DNA from: Planctomycetota bacterium
GTDB taxonomy: Bacteria; Planctomycetota; MHYJ01; WSZJ01
DNA length: 64,000 nt
Reading direction: 5' to 3'
Assembly: GCA_038060895.1 (NCBI GenBank)
Contig: JBBTCT010000011.1
Span: 32,001-96,000 of the forward strand
In this document: positions 27,761 through 36,522 of the stretch, in pieces
Numbering within the stretch: the first letter of the stretch is position 1
Layout of the letters: each line of letters begins with the position of its first letter
Position numbers and translations under genes: made by a program
Notes under the pieces: model-generated
Told to the model about the DNA's origin: nothing
The model's input: the letters and a program-made list of their open reading frames with translations, nothing else
Databases searched by the model: none

Positions 27761-28807
27761 ATGCTGAAATCACTCGTCGCCTCCGCCGTCGTCGCCGCCT
27801 GTACCATCGGCGGCATCGTAGCCGTGCGCAAATCCTCCCCGGCGTACCCCGACTACAGCCTGCTCAACGCGCGCCTTCACGACCCGAACCCCGCAGTCCG
27901 CCAGGCCACGGTCACCGAAATGTTCCAGAAGGCGGACCTCGCCGCGACCCGCGCTCTCCTCTCCGTCGCACGCGAAAATGATTCGACCGTACTCGGCAAT
28001 CTCAACTTCGCCCTCCTGTCCACCCGCAACAAGCCCTCCGTCGATTGGCTCACTTCAGAGGGCCTCACCTTCCCTGAACGCTGGACTCGCTACTACGCCG
28101 TCCGCATCCTCTGGCGGGAAGAAAACACGGCCGCGCTCCCGCGACTCCTCCCGCTCCTCGCCGATAACTACTGGCAGGTCCAGGTCGCCATCCTCGACGC
28201 ACTCGCAGAGTCCGGCGACCTTTCGCAGGCCGGCGAACCCCTCGGCGCCGCCGCTTCACCTGGAAAAAACTGGGAAGTCCGCTCGCGCGCCATCCGCCTC
28301 CTGGGCCAGGCGAATTCCGCCGCGGCCGCACGCACACTCCTCGAAAAGGCTCTCCCTCCCACGACAGGTCCTGCGGAGTCCGAGGCGGAACGAGCCGTGG
28401 AAGAGGCGCTTTCCGGCATGACGGACGCCGATGCGCTCAAAGTGGTGGCCGAGGGACTGACCGGGACGGATCTCACTCGAAAACTCCTCGCCGTGAAGGT
28501 GCTGGGCCGGGCGAAGAGCTCGGATGCGGTGGCAAAGTTCAAAGAAATTGCCGGTGACGCAACCGCCGCTACGCCGCTTCGCATCGCGGCCATCCGCGCG
28601 CTGGTGCTGGCGGGAGGCGAAGAGGGCGTCTCTTCGACAATCAAGGCGATGGACGGCGGAGAGGCCGCGATCAGGCTGGAAGCGGCGTACGCGCTCTCGG
28701 AAGCGACCTTGAGCCCTGCACAGAAAGACGAAGTGAAGGCGCTGGCTGCGAAGGAGCAGGATTGGCGCGTGAAGCAGGCGCTTCAGATCGCTGCGGGAGA
28801 ACGCTGA
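27761..28807 (+). CDS. Membrane-anchored HEAT-repeat protein
   Basis: N-terminal hydrophobic segment and repeated L.D....VR..A..AL units. Confidence 0.8.
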   Translation: MLKSLVASAVVAACTIGGIVAVRKSSPAYPDYSLLNARLHDPNPAVRQATVTEMFQKADLAATRALLSVARENDSTVLGNLNFALLSTRNKPSVDWLTSEGLTFPERWTRYYAVRILWREENTAALPRLLPLLADNYWQVQVAILDALAESGDLSQAGEPLGAAASPGKNWEVRSRAIRLLGQANSAAAARTLLEKALPPTTGPAESEAERAVEEALSGMTDADALKVVAEGLTGTDLTRKLLAVKVLGRAKSSDAVAKFKEIAGDATAATPLRIAAIRALVLAGGEEGVSSTIKAMDGGEAAIRLEAAYALSEATLSPAQKDEVKALAAKEQDWRVKQALQIAAGER

Positions 28808-29364
28808 TGCGCTTCTTCTTCATCTTCGCGCTGGTCTCGGCAACGGCCTGGTCGGAGCCGGCGGCGACAACGCGTCCTGTCCAGGCGCCGGAGCCGGATT
28901 TCGCGGGTGCCGGGGAATCGGTCCCCGTGGAGATTGAAAAGGACGGGTACAAGGCGAAGCTGTCGTGGTTCCCGGCGGTGCCGAAGCCGGGCGACCTGGT
29001 GCGCTACCGGCTGGCGATCACGATTCCCGGAGGCGCCGCGCCGGCGTTGCTGGTGAGAGCGACGATGACGAAGACGGCTCCCGGCGACGCGTATGACCTG
29101 CTGCCCAAGTCGGAAGTGCCGCCTGAGGCGACTCCCCAGGACGGCCGCTACGTCTTTACGCAGACGATTTTCGTGCCGGGGACGTATCGATTGACGATCG
29201 ACGCGGACGATCTGGAGGCGGGACGGTCGCTGAAATTTGAATTCGCTCCTGCGACCATCGGGACGTCGTCGTCGAATGCGCTGGCCTACGGGATCGGGAT
29301 CGCCGGCCTTGCGCTGATCGTCATCCTGATCGCGTTCGGGCTGAGAAGGCCGGCGGCCGAGTAG
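28807..29364 (+). CDS. Exported hypothetical protein with C-terminal transmembrane anchor
   Basis: ATG overlaps the upstream stop. Signal peptide, Ig-like beta region and a C-terminal TM helix followed by RR. Confidence 0.7.
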   Translation: MRFFFIFALVSATAWSEPAATTRPVQAPEPDFAGAGESVPVEIEKDGYKAKLSWFPAVPKPGDLVRYRLAITIPGGAAPALLVRATMTKTAPGDAYDLLPKSEVPPEATPQDGRYVFTQTIFVPGTYRLTIDADDLEAGRSLKFEFAPATIGTSSSNALAYGIGIAGLALIVILIAFGLRRPAAE

Positions 29365-30606
29365 TTATCGGCCAGCTTCCCCGACGGACACGTAGCGCCC
29401 CCACGCGTTCAACTCGACTCCGCTTCCAGGCCGCGCCAGCGAGTAGAACACGCCGCGAGCCAGCGGGATGACCAGTCGCGCGTCGAGGAGGGCCGCCTCG
29501 AGGGCGCGCGCCCATTCGGCGCGTTCCGCGGGCTCGAGGGCTGATTGGAGGGACTCGAAGAGCGGGGCGAGCTCGGGGTGGTCCGTGGAGAGAGAGCGCA
29601 GAGGGCGGAAGAAGTCATCGAGCGCGGGGGTTTCGGCGACGAGCACCGCGATGCGGAGGCGCGCGATGTGGCCGGCCGTGGGATCGGAAGATGTCAGGCC
29701 TGTGCGCCGGAGCGCCTCGCGAATTGGCGCGAGGAACAGGCCCGCTTCCAGGCGCAACGGATCGGCCGCGAGCGTCAGGGAAGCGGGGATCTTTCCGGGC
29801 CGGGCCGGGCGGGGAGAAGCGGGCTCGGCGAGTCCCAGCACGGCGGGGACCAACCTATGAGCCGCGCGCCCGGCGTCAAAGAGCGCTCGTTTGCTCAGGG
29901 CCTCGGCGTCGATGGCTTCCGCGACGGCCGCGCGCTGACCGGCGTCCTCGAGATCGAGGATGAGGACGAGAGTGAACGCGGCCTCGAGGGTGCGGAAGGC
30001 GGGGTCGTTGCGGACTGCGGTTGCGTAACCGGGCGGGATGAAGTCGAGCCGGGCGAGATGGCCGGCGCGAAAGGCGTCGATGGACTGGCGCGGGTCGTCA
30101 GATGAGCCGAATCGCAGTGTGAGGCGGCCTTGCGCGCGGGGGGAGAAAAGGCGCCATTCGGCGCCTAAAAGCGTGGGCGGAGCAAAATCCCCGTTTGCAA
30201 CAGGTGCGGCGGCGCAGAGCCGGGCGGGCAGGTCCGCGTCCGGAATGTCGAGGCGGACGGCCAGCGTCGCGGGATCCACGGCGGACGCGGTTCCTGGACC
30301 CGGCCAGGAGGAGGCCCAATCGGCGGCGCGGTCCACTTCGAAAGTCCAGCGGCGGAAGTCAGGTGAGTGGCTCCAGGATCGCGCGGCCGAGGGCGCGGCC
30401 CCGCCGCCGGGGGCGGGTGAAGCGAGGGGGCGGCCGGAGAGATGGGCGGTCGAGAACTGGAGAAGGGGCGAGCCGCGCTCGGCGCAGACGACGACGGCGG
30501 TCGCGGTCACGGGCGGCCGCGGCCGTGGCGGCTTGGGCTTCGAACCGCCGCAGGCGGCGAGGAGCGGAAGGGCAAAAAGGGCCGGGGCGGCGAGGAGGCG
30601 GCTCAC
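29365..30606 (-). CDS. Divergent ABC substrate-binding (family 5/OppA-like) lipoprotein
   Basis: Lipobox LAAC. AARSWSHSPDFRRWTF and RAAVAEAID motifs resemble SBP_bac_5. Confidence 0.55.
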   Translation of the reverse strand: MSRLLAAPALFALPLLAACGGSKPKPPRPRPPVTATAVVVCAERGSPLLQFSTAHLSGRPLASPAPGGGAAPSAARSWSHSPDFRRWTFEVDRAADWASSWPGPGTASAVDPATLAVRLDIPDADLPARLCAAAPVANGDFAPPTLLGAEWRLFSPRAQGRLTLRFGSSDDPRQSIDAFRAGHLARLDFIPPGYATAVRNDPAFRTLEAAFTLVLILDLEDAGQRAAVAEAIDAEALSKRALFDAGRAAHRLVPAVLGLAEPASPRPARPGKIPASLTLAADPLRLEAGLFLAPIREALRRTGLTSSDPTAGHIARLRIAVLVAETPALDDFFRPLRSLSTDHPELAPLFESLQSALEPAERAEWARALEAALLDARLVIPLARGVFYSLARPGSGVELNAWGRYVSVGEAGR

Positions 30607-30616
30607 GCGGACATTA

Positions 30617-31243
30617 TCACCGAGGGAGCATCGCCGCGATCTCGGTTTCCATCGCGGCGGCCGCTTCTTCCCACGTCACCCGCCTGTTCGCCTCCGCCTC
30701 GATGGTTGTCATCGGGCAGCCTGGCATCCCGCAGGGGTGGATGAGCGCGAAATGAGCGAGATCAGGGCAGGCGTTGAGGGCGAAACCGTGGGTGGAGATA
30801 CCGCGGGAGACGTGGATGCCGACGGAGCCAATTTTCTTTCCGCCGACCCAGGTGCCGATCGTCTCGCGGCCGGCGGTGGCGGCGACCCCGAAGCGTCCGC
30901 AGGCGCGGACCATGGCGTCCTCGAGCCCGTGGACGAAGGCGGCGACGCCGAGGCGAAAGGTCGGCAGGTGCAGGATCGGGTAACCGACGACCTGGCCGGG
31001 GCCGTGCCAGGTCACGTCACCGCCGCGGTCGCAGCGTTCGACGTCGATGCCGCGCCGGCGAAGCTCGTCCTCGGCGACCAGCAGGCTCTCCGCGCGCGCA
31101 TTGCGGCCGAGCGTGAACACCGGGGGGTGCTCGACGAGCACGAGATGCGCGACTCCCCGCTCCTCCCGGGCGCGCGCCGCAAGCTCCCGCTGAAGGTCAA
31201 GCGCCGCGCGCCATGCCAGCCTGCCCGGGCGGTGGATGATCAG
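30617..31243 (-). CDS. lipB: Lipoyl(octanoyl) transferase LipB
   Basis: VEHPPVFTLGR, DRGGDVTWHGPGQ, KIGSVG, HGFALN, IHPCG. The conserved N-terminus extends to a CTG at 31243. Confidence 0.9.
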   Translation of the reverse strand: MIIHRPGRLAWRAALDLQRELAARAREERGVAHLVLVEHPPVFTLGRNARAESLLVAEDELRRRGIDVERCDRGGDVTWHGPGQVVGYPILHLPTFRLGVAAFVHGLEDAMVRACGRFGVAATAGRETIGTWVGGKKIGSVGIHVSRGISTHGFALNACPDLAHFALIHPCGMPGCPMTTIEAEANRRVTWEEAAAAMETEIAAMLPR

Positions 31244-32286
31244 CGTCGTTTCAGCTCTTCCATCTGGTCGTCAAACTCCTGCTGCATGCGGGGAACGCTG
31301 AACTCGATGACGCCTTCCGACATCAGCTTCAGCGCGGCAGCCGCCCTCGCTCTCCTGAGCATCTCATTCCTCAACATGAAGATGATCGCATGCTGCGCTT
31401 CCTCGAAAGACGTCTTGCGCGCGTCTTCACGCCCGACAACGCGCGCGAGATACCACGTCCCCGACTCCCCCTTGACCGGCCCGACGAACGCCCCCTCGAC
31501 CGCCTTGAATGCCTCGCCGGCAAGCGCGGGCTCGAGGTCGGTTTTCGTGCGCCACTGGAGGTCGACAGGCGCCTCCTGCTGGATTTCCGCGTCGCGGTAC
31601 TTCGTCAGTCCCGCGAAGTCCGCGCCCGCGTCGACTTGCTTGCGGATGCTCTCGGCGAGCCGGCGCGCGCGCCCCTCCGCGCCGCGCTGGCTCTTGATCT
31701 CCAGGACAAGGAGCCTCACCCGCTCGGGGTGCTGGAATTCCTCCGGATGCTCAACAAACCAGGCGAGCGCAACTGCGGGCGGCACGAAAACCGCCGTCCG
31801 GTCCATTTCCTCGTGGAGCACGATCTCCATGATCATCTCCGACTTCAGTCCCTCTTTCCACTTGGTCATCGTCAGATCGCTCTGCGCCAGCATCTCCTTG
31901 AATTTCTCCCGGTCCCCTCCAGCCTCCCGCTTCACAATCTCCTCTTCGCGGTCCTCGACCTCCTGGTCGCTGATCACGATTCCATACTTCCTGGCCTTCT
32001 GGTTCACCACCCTTTCCCGGACCAGTTCGACGAGTGTGTCATTGAAGAGTCCCAGGAATTCCCTCGCGAATTCCTCCGGCCTGCCACCCTTCGCGTTCCG
32101 GAGCCCGTCAATTCTCTTCCCCATCCTCGCCAGCACTTCGCTCTTGAGAATCGGATCTCCGTTCACTTTCGCCATCCAGCCCCGCTCATACTCGGGAGGG
32201 AATGGAAGGGGCGCTTGCGCGCTGGCGGAGGCCGCGGGCGCGAGAAGAGCGACGGCCAGGAAGAACTGCCGGATGGTCGTTGCCAT
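31240..32286 (-). CDS. SurA/PpiC-type peptidyl-prolyl isomerase
   Basis: Signal peptide, AKVNGDPILKSE SurA-type N-domain, and parvulin-like GADFA...FVGPV. Confidence 0.8.
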   Translation of the reverse strand: MATTIRQFFLAVALLAPAASASAQAPLPFPPEYERGWMAKVNGDPILKSEVLARMGKRIDGLRNAKGGRPEEFAREFLGLFNDTLVELVRERVVNQKARKYGIVISDQEVEDREEEIVKREAGGDREKFKEMLAQSDLTMTKWKEGLKSEMIMEIVLHEEMDRTAVFVPPAVALAWFVEHPEEFQHPERVRLLVLEIKSQRGAEGRARRLAESIRKQVDAGADFAGLTKYRDAEIQQEAPVDLQWRTKTDLEPALAGEAFKAVEGAFVGPVKGESGTWYLARVVGREDARKTSFEEAQHAIIFMLRNEMLRRARAAAALKLMSEGVIEFSVPRMQQEFDDQMEELKRR

Positions 32287-32378
32287 GGCCCGGCATTCTA
32301 AGGAACGCCGGGGCGGTCGCGCACCAAGGATCCGCCGTCGCTCAACGCCCCCCCTCCTGCGCGCCGATATTACCTGCG

Positions 32379-33248
32379 ATGCCTCCCGCCCCCGACCTCC
32401 CGGCCTCCATGCTGAGCGACCTCGCGGACTTCGACGACTACCTCTCCGCGGAGTGCGGGCTGGCACCCAACTCGCGCTCCGCATACGCCCGCGACCTCGC
32501 CCGGTTCTCGGCCCACGTCGCGTCCCGCACCACATTCGCCCGCGCCAGCGCCGACGACGTCGCCGAATTTCTGCGCGCCGAGGAAGCGCGCGGTCTCCGC
32601 CCTTCCTCCCGTTCCCGAGCGCTGGCCGCCATCCGCATGCTCTATCGTTTCCTGGCCGCCGAGCGCCGCGCCCGGGACGTCGCGGCGGCGGCGGAGGGCC
32701 CGCGGGGCGAGAAGCGGCTTCCGCGCACGCTTTCCTCCCAGGCGCTGGCGGCGGTTCTCGACGGCGGGCTCGGCCTGCGCGACGCGGCCCTTCTGGAATT
32801 CCTCTACGCGACCGGCGCGCGTGTTTCTGAAGCGGTCAACCTGAAGGAAGGAGACCTGGACTTCGACCTCGGCGTCGCGCGGCTTTTCGGGAAGGGTTCG
32901 AAGGAGCGCCTGGTGCCGCTGGGAGAAGCGGCGGCAGCGCGGCTGCGGGCGTGGCTTCCGGAGCGGAAGCCGCCGTTCGTGTTTCCTGGAAAGGGCGGCG
33001 GGCGGCCGATGAGGCGCGAGACGGCGTGGCGAATTGTGGAGCGTGTGGCGAGAGCGAACGGGCAGGCGGGCGTGCACCCCCACACGTTGAGGCACTCGTT
33101 CGCGACGCACCTGCTCGAGGGGGGTGCGAACCTGCGCGCGGTTCAGGAAATGCTCGGGCATGCCTCGGTGGCGACGACGCAGATCTACACGCACGTGGAC
33201 TCGAGCCGGTTGATGAAGATGCACAAGTCGTTCCATCCGCGCGCGTAG
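32379..33248 (+). CDS. xerD: Tyrosine recombinase XerD-like
   Basis: GLAPNS..AY.RDL, YATGARVSE, GKGSKER, HPHTLRHSFATHLL, LGH...TTQIYTHV, HPRA. Confidence 0.88.
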   Translation: MPPAPDLPASMLSDLADFDDYLSAECGLAPNSRSAYARDLARFSAHVASRTTFARASADDVAEFLRAEEARGLRPSSRSRALAAIRMLYRFLAAERRARDVAAAAEGPRGEKRLPRTLSSQALAAVLDGGLGLRDAALLEFLYATGARVSEAVNLKEGDLDFDLGVARLFGKGSKERLVPLGEAAAARLRAWLPERKPPFVFPGKGGGRPMRRETAWRIVERVARANGQAGVHPHTLRHSFATHLLEGGANLRAVQEMLGHASVATTQIYTHVDSSRLMKMHKSFHPRA

Positions 33249-33368
33249 AGAGTCGGGCGGATCAGGCTGCGTCGGCCGGGTTGACGGGGCCTGGACGGCG
33301 GCGCTATCTCGGGCCGGCTCTGCCCGACCCACCCGATTCTCTACGCGCGAGGAAGCGGCCAGGCAACA

Positions 33369-34172
33369 TCACGGCTTGCCGGGCACGTCTGTGCCGCCGA
33401 TCACCGCGGGCCGCAGCGCCGGCAATTTCTCTTTGCCGTAGAAGACTTGCTCAAGAAACAGCCCCGAGGGGGGCGCGGTCCACTCCGCCACGTTTCCGCG
33501 CCCGGAGGCGAGCAGCATGCCGACCTCGCCTGCCTGCATCGCCCCTGTTCCTACGCGCGCCAGGACGCCTGCGACGCGGCGGACCATTTTGCGCAGGAAG
33601 TGGGAAGCGACGAACCTGAACAGGATGAGCGGGCCAGCTTCCTCGAGCGTCGCCTCGAACACGCGCACCTTGGTTGATTTTTCGTCGCCGGAGTCTTCGA
33701 GGTCGGCGAAGGACGCGAAATCATGCATGCCGACGAGCAGCGCGGCCGCCTGACGCATGCGGTCGAGGTTGAGATCGTCGCGGACCCACCAGACGAATGG
33801 CTTGAGGAAGGCGCTTCGGCGTCGCGAGAACTGGTAGATGTAGGAGCGCAGGGTCGCGTCGTGGCGGGCGTGCCAGCGGTCGTGGGCCGGTTCGACGGAG
33901 AGGACGTGGATGTCGGACGGAAGGCCGTCGTTGATCGCGATCTCGAGTCCGCGCGGCGTGCGCGGCCGCTTTTTCGCGCGCAGGTGGGCGACCTGGGCGA
34001 GTGCGTGAACGCCGGCGTCCGTGCGGCCCGCGCCGCCGACCTCGACCGCCTCCCCGAAGACCCGCCGGGCGGCGCCGCGCAGCTCGCCAGCTACGGTGCG
34101 CTCGCGCGGCTGCTCCTGCCAGCCGGCATAGCGGGTTCCTTCGTACTCGAGCGTGACTTTCCAGGTCGGCAT
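33369..34172 (-). CDS. truA: tRNA pseudouridine(38-40) synthase TruA
   Basis: YEGTRYAGWQ, AGRTDAGVHA, HDFASF, FLRKMVR, APPSGL. Confidence 0.95.
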   Translation of the reverse strand: MPTWKVTLEYEGTRYAGWQEQPRERTVAGELRGAARRVFGEAVEVGGAGRTDAGVHALAQVAHLRAKKRPRTPRGLEIAINDGLPSDIHVLSVEPAHDRWHARHDATLRSYIYQFSRRRSAFLKPFVWWVRDDLNLDRMRQAAALLVGMHDFASFADLEDSGDEKSTKVRVFEATLEEAGPLILFRFVASHFLRKMVRRVAGVLARVGTGAMQAGEVGMLLASGRGNVAEWTAPPSGLFLEQVFYGKEKLPALRPAVIGGTDVPGKP

Positions 34173-34187
34173 GGGGGCATGAGGTTA

Positions 34188-34221
34188 CACGGAGGACGCG
34201 GAGCGCACGGAGGTCACGGAG
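34188..34221. repeat. Nonamer tandem repeat (CACGGAGnn) x4
   Basis: cacggagga-cgcggagcg-cacggaggt-cacggag. A related array lies at 45332-45367. Confidence 0.7.
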
Positions 34222-34273
34222 AAAAACAAAAAATAAAGGCGAGGCTGCACCGGCATTGCCGGCCCAGCCCAGC

Positions 34274-36331
34274 CTACTCTTCCGGCTTCTCCCCCACCTT
34301 CGACGCCTTGTAATGCTCGATGATCGTATTCGCCGTCATCGCCGGCACGACGTCGTAGTGGCTGAACTCCACGGCATACTCCCCTTCGCCTCCCGTGATC
34401 GATCTCAACTCCGAGGCGTAGCTCTTGATTTCCGACATCGGGATCTGCGCCTTGATGATCGCGTGATGCCCCTCCGTCTCGCTCCCGTGAATCCTGCCGC
34501 GGCGGCTGGAGAGGTCGCCCATGATGGCGCCCATGTTGTGGGCCGGGACCGTGATCTCGACGTTCGCGACCGGCTCCAGCAGCACCGGGTGCGCCTGGTG
34601 CATGCAAAGCTTGAACGCCTCGCGCCCTGCCGTCTGGAACGCGATGTCCTTCGAATCAACCGGGTGCTCCTTGCCGTCGTAAACCTCCACCTTCACGTCA
34701 ACCACCGGATACCCCGCAATCACGCCCCGCTCCATCACGCTCTTCACGCCCTTCTCGATCGACGGCATGTACTGGCGTCCGATGGACATGCCCACGACCG
34801 CGTTCTCGAACTCGAATCCCTTCCCGCGCTCCAGCGGCAGGATGCGCATCCAGACTTCCGCGAACTGGCCGGAGCCGCCTGTCTGCTTCTTGTGGCGGTA
34901 CTGCGCGTCCCCCTTCCCCGTGATCGTCTCGAGATAGGGGATCCGCGGCGGCTTCGTCGTGACTTCGACCCCGAATTTCGACTTGAGCTTGTGGAACGTG
35001 ACATCCAGGTGAAGCTGCGTCATTCCCGTGCACACCAGCTCGTGCGTCTGCCGGTCGCGGACCCAATGGAACGTGGGGTCGCTTTCCGCCAGCTTCGGGA
35101 TCGCAATCCCGATCTTCGTGTCGTCGTTCCGGTTCTTCGGCTCAATGGCCAGCGTCGTCATCGGCTTCGGGAACTCGATCGGCGCGTAGGCGATCTGCTT
35201 GTCCGCCAGGCACATCGTGTCGCTGATCTTCAGGTCTTCGACCTTCGTCACCGCCCCCAGGTCCCCCGCGATCAGCTTGTCCACCGCCTGGTGGTCCTTC
35301 CCCATCAGGCGGAAGATCTTCCCGATCCGCTCTTCCTTGTTGCTGCGCGCCACATGGAAGTGAGAGTCGGCGGCCAGCGTCCCGCTGTACACGCGGAAGT
35401 ACGCCAGTTTGCCGACGAACGGGTCGCTGATGACCTTGTAGACCTGCGCAGAAAAGGGCGCGTCCGCCCTGGGCGGGAAGGCGACCTTGTCCTCCTTGCC
35501 GGGCCAGGTTCCCTTGTGCTCACTGCCCTCCGCCGGCGCCGGGAAAAACTTCGCGATGAAGTCGAGGGCCGCGTCCACGCCGAGGTCCTTCTTAGCCCCC
35601 ATGCAGAGGATCGGCACCACCTTGCCGTGAATGAGCGCGTTCTTCAGCGCCGCATCCATTTCTTCCTTCGAGATGGCCCCGCCCTCGAGGTACCGCTCCA
35701 TCAGCTTGTCGTCCGTCTCCACGGCAGCCTCGACGAGTTTGTCGAGAAACACCGCCGCCTGCTTCCTGACGTTCGCATCCGGGTGCGCTTCCGCTTCCAT
35801 CACGTTCGCCACGCCTTTGCAGGAAGGGCCGGTCCCGACCGGCATGACCGCGACGCGCGCGACGTCGCCGAAGGTCTCCTTGATGGAGCCGAGAAGCGCG
35901 TCGAAGTCCACGTTGTCGTGGTCGATCTTGGTCACGAAGATCGCGCGCGCCATGCCCATTTTGGCCGCGTTGGACCACATCTTGCGGGTGTTCACCATGA
36001 GGCCCGTGACCGCGTTGACGCAGATCACCGCCGTCTCAACGGCACTCATCGCGCCGGCCGCCTCACCGGAAAAGTCGGGATACCCGGGGGCGTCGATGAG
36101 GTTCAGCTCCTTCCCCTTCCACGGGAGATGCGCGACTCCCGCCTCGATCGAGATCTTTCGCGACTTCTCTTCCGGGTCAAAGTCCGTCACTGTCGTTCCG
36201 TCCGTGACCTCGCCCATGCGGTTGGTCATCTTCCCCTTGAAGAGCATCGCCTCGGCGAGCGTCGTCTTGCCGCTGTCGCCGTGGCCGACGAGGACGAAAT
36301 TCCGGATATCCGGGGTGTCGTATTTCGCCAT
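34274..36331 (-). CDS. fusA: Elongation factor G paralog (EF-G2/FusA2 type)
   Basis: Full EF-G domain order (IRN..., HKKQTGGSGQFA, YDGKEHPVDS, GDLSSRRG), but variant G-motifs GHGDSGKTT, RKISI, DAPGYPDF and TKID. Confidence 0.9.
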   Translation of the reverse strand: MAKYDTPDIRNFVLVGHGDSGKTTLAEAMLFKGKMTNRMGEVTDGTTVTDFDPEEKSRKISIEAGVAHLPWKGKELNLIDAPGYPDFSGEAAGAMSAVETAVICVNAVTGLMVNTRKMWSNAAKMGMARAIFVTKIDHDNVDFDALLGSIKETFGDVARVAVMPVGTGPSCKGVANVMEAEAHPDANVRKQAAVFLDKLVEAAVETDDKLMERYLEGGAISKEEMDAALKNALIHGKVVPILCMGAKKDLGVDAALDFIAKFFPAPAEGSEHKGTWPGKEDKVAFPPRADAPFSAQVYKVISDPFVGKLAYFRVYSGTLAADSHFHVARSNKEERIGKIFRLMGKDHQAVDKLIAGDLGAVTKVEDLKISDTMCLADKQIAYAPIEFPKPMTTLAIEPKNRNDDTKIGIAIPKLAESDPTFHWVRDRQTHELVCTGMTQLHLDVTFHKLKSKFGVEVTTKPPRIPYLETITGKGDAQYRHKKQTGGSGQFAEVWMRILPLERGKGFEFENAVVGMSIGRQYMPSIEKGVKSVMERGVIAGYPVVDVKVEVYDGKEHPVDSKDIAFQTAGREAFKLCMHQAHPVLLEPVANVEITVPAHNMGAIMGDLSSRRGRIHGSETEGHHAIIKAQIPMSEIKSYASELRSITGGEGEYAVEFSHYDVVPAMTANTIIEHYKASKVGEKPEE

Positions 36332-36412
36332 GAAATCCTCCCTTGGGACTTGAAGGTCCGCCCTGGCAGCATGGGAATTGTAGCGAAGGAGGGGGTGGAG
36401 TCCATCAACGGG

Positions 36413-36522
36413 AAAACGGCGGGGGATGGGGGATGGCGGGCCTTGGGCATGGCCATCGCTGCCCCAGCCCAATCCCAGGCCCCCCGTTCCCTGATCCTTC
36501 GTCCCCCATCCCCTGCCGTTTT
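36413..36522. repeat. Intergenic inverted repeat built from GGGGATG units
   Basis: 36413-36435 and 36500-36522 are reverse complements with 2 mismatches. Confidence 0.7.

Noticed and set aside
32379-33248. Tyrosine recombinase as the integrase of a mobile element
   Set aside because: It has XerD-type signatures and housekeeping neighbours, with no att repeats, tRNA or cargo.
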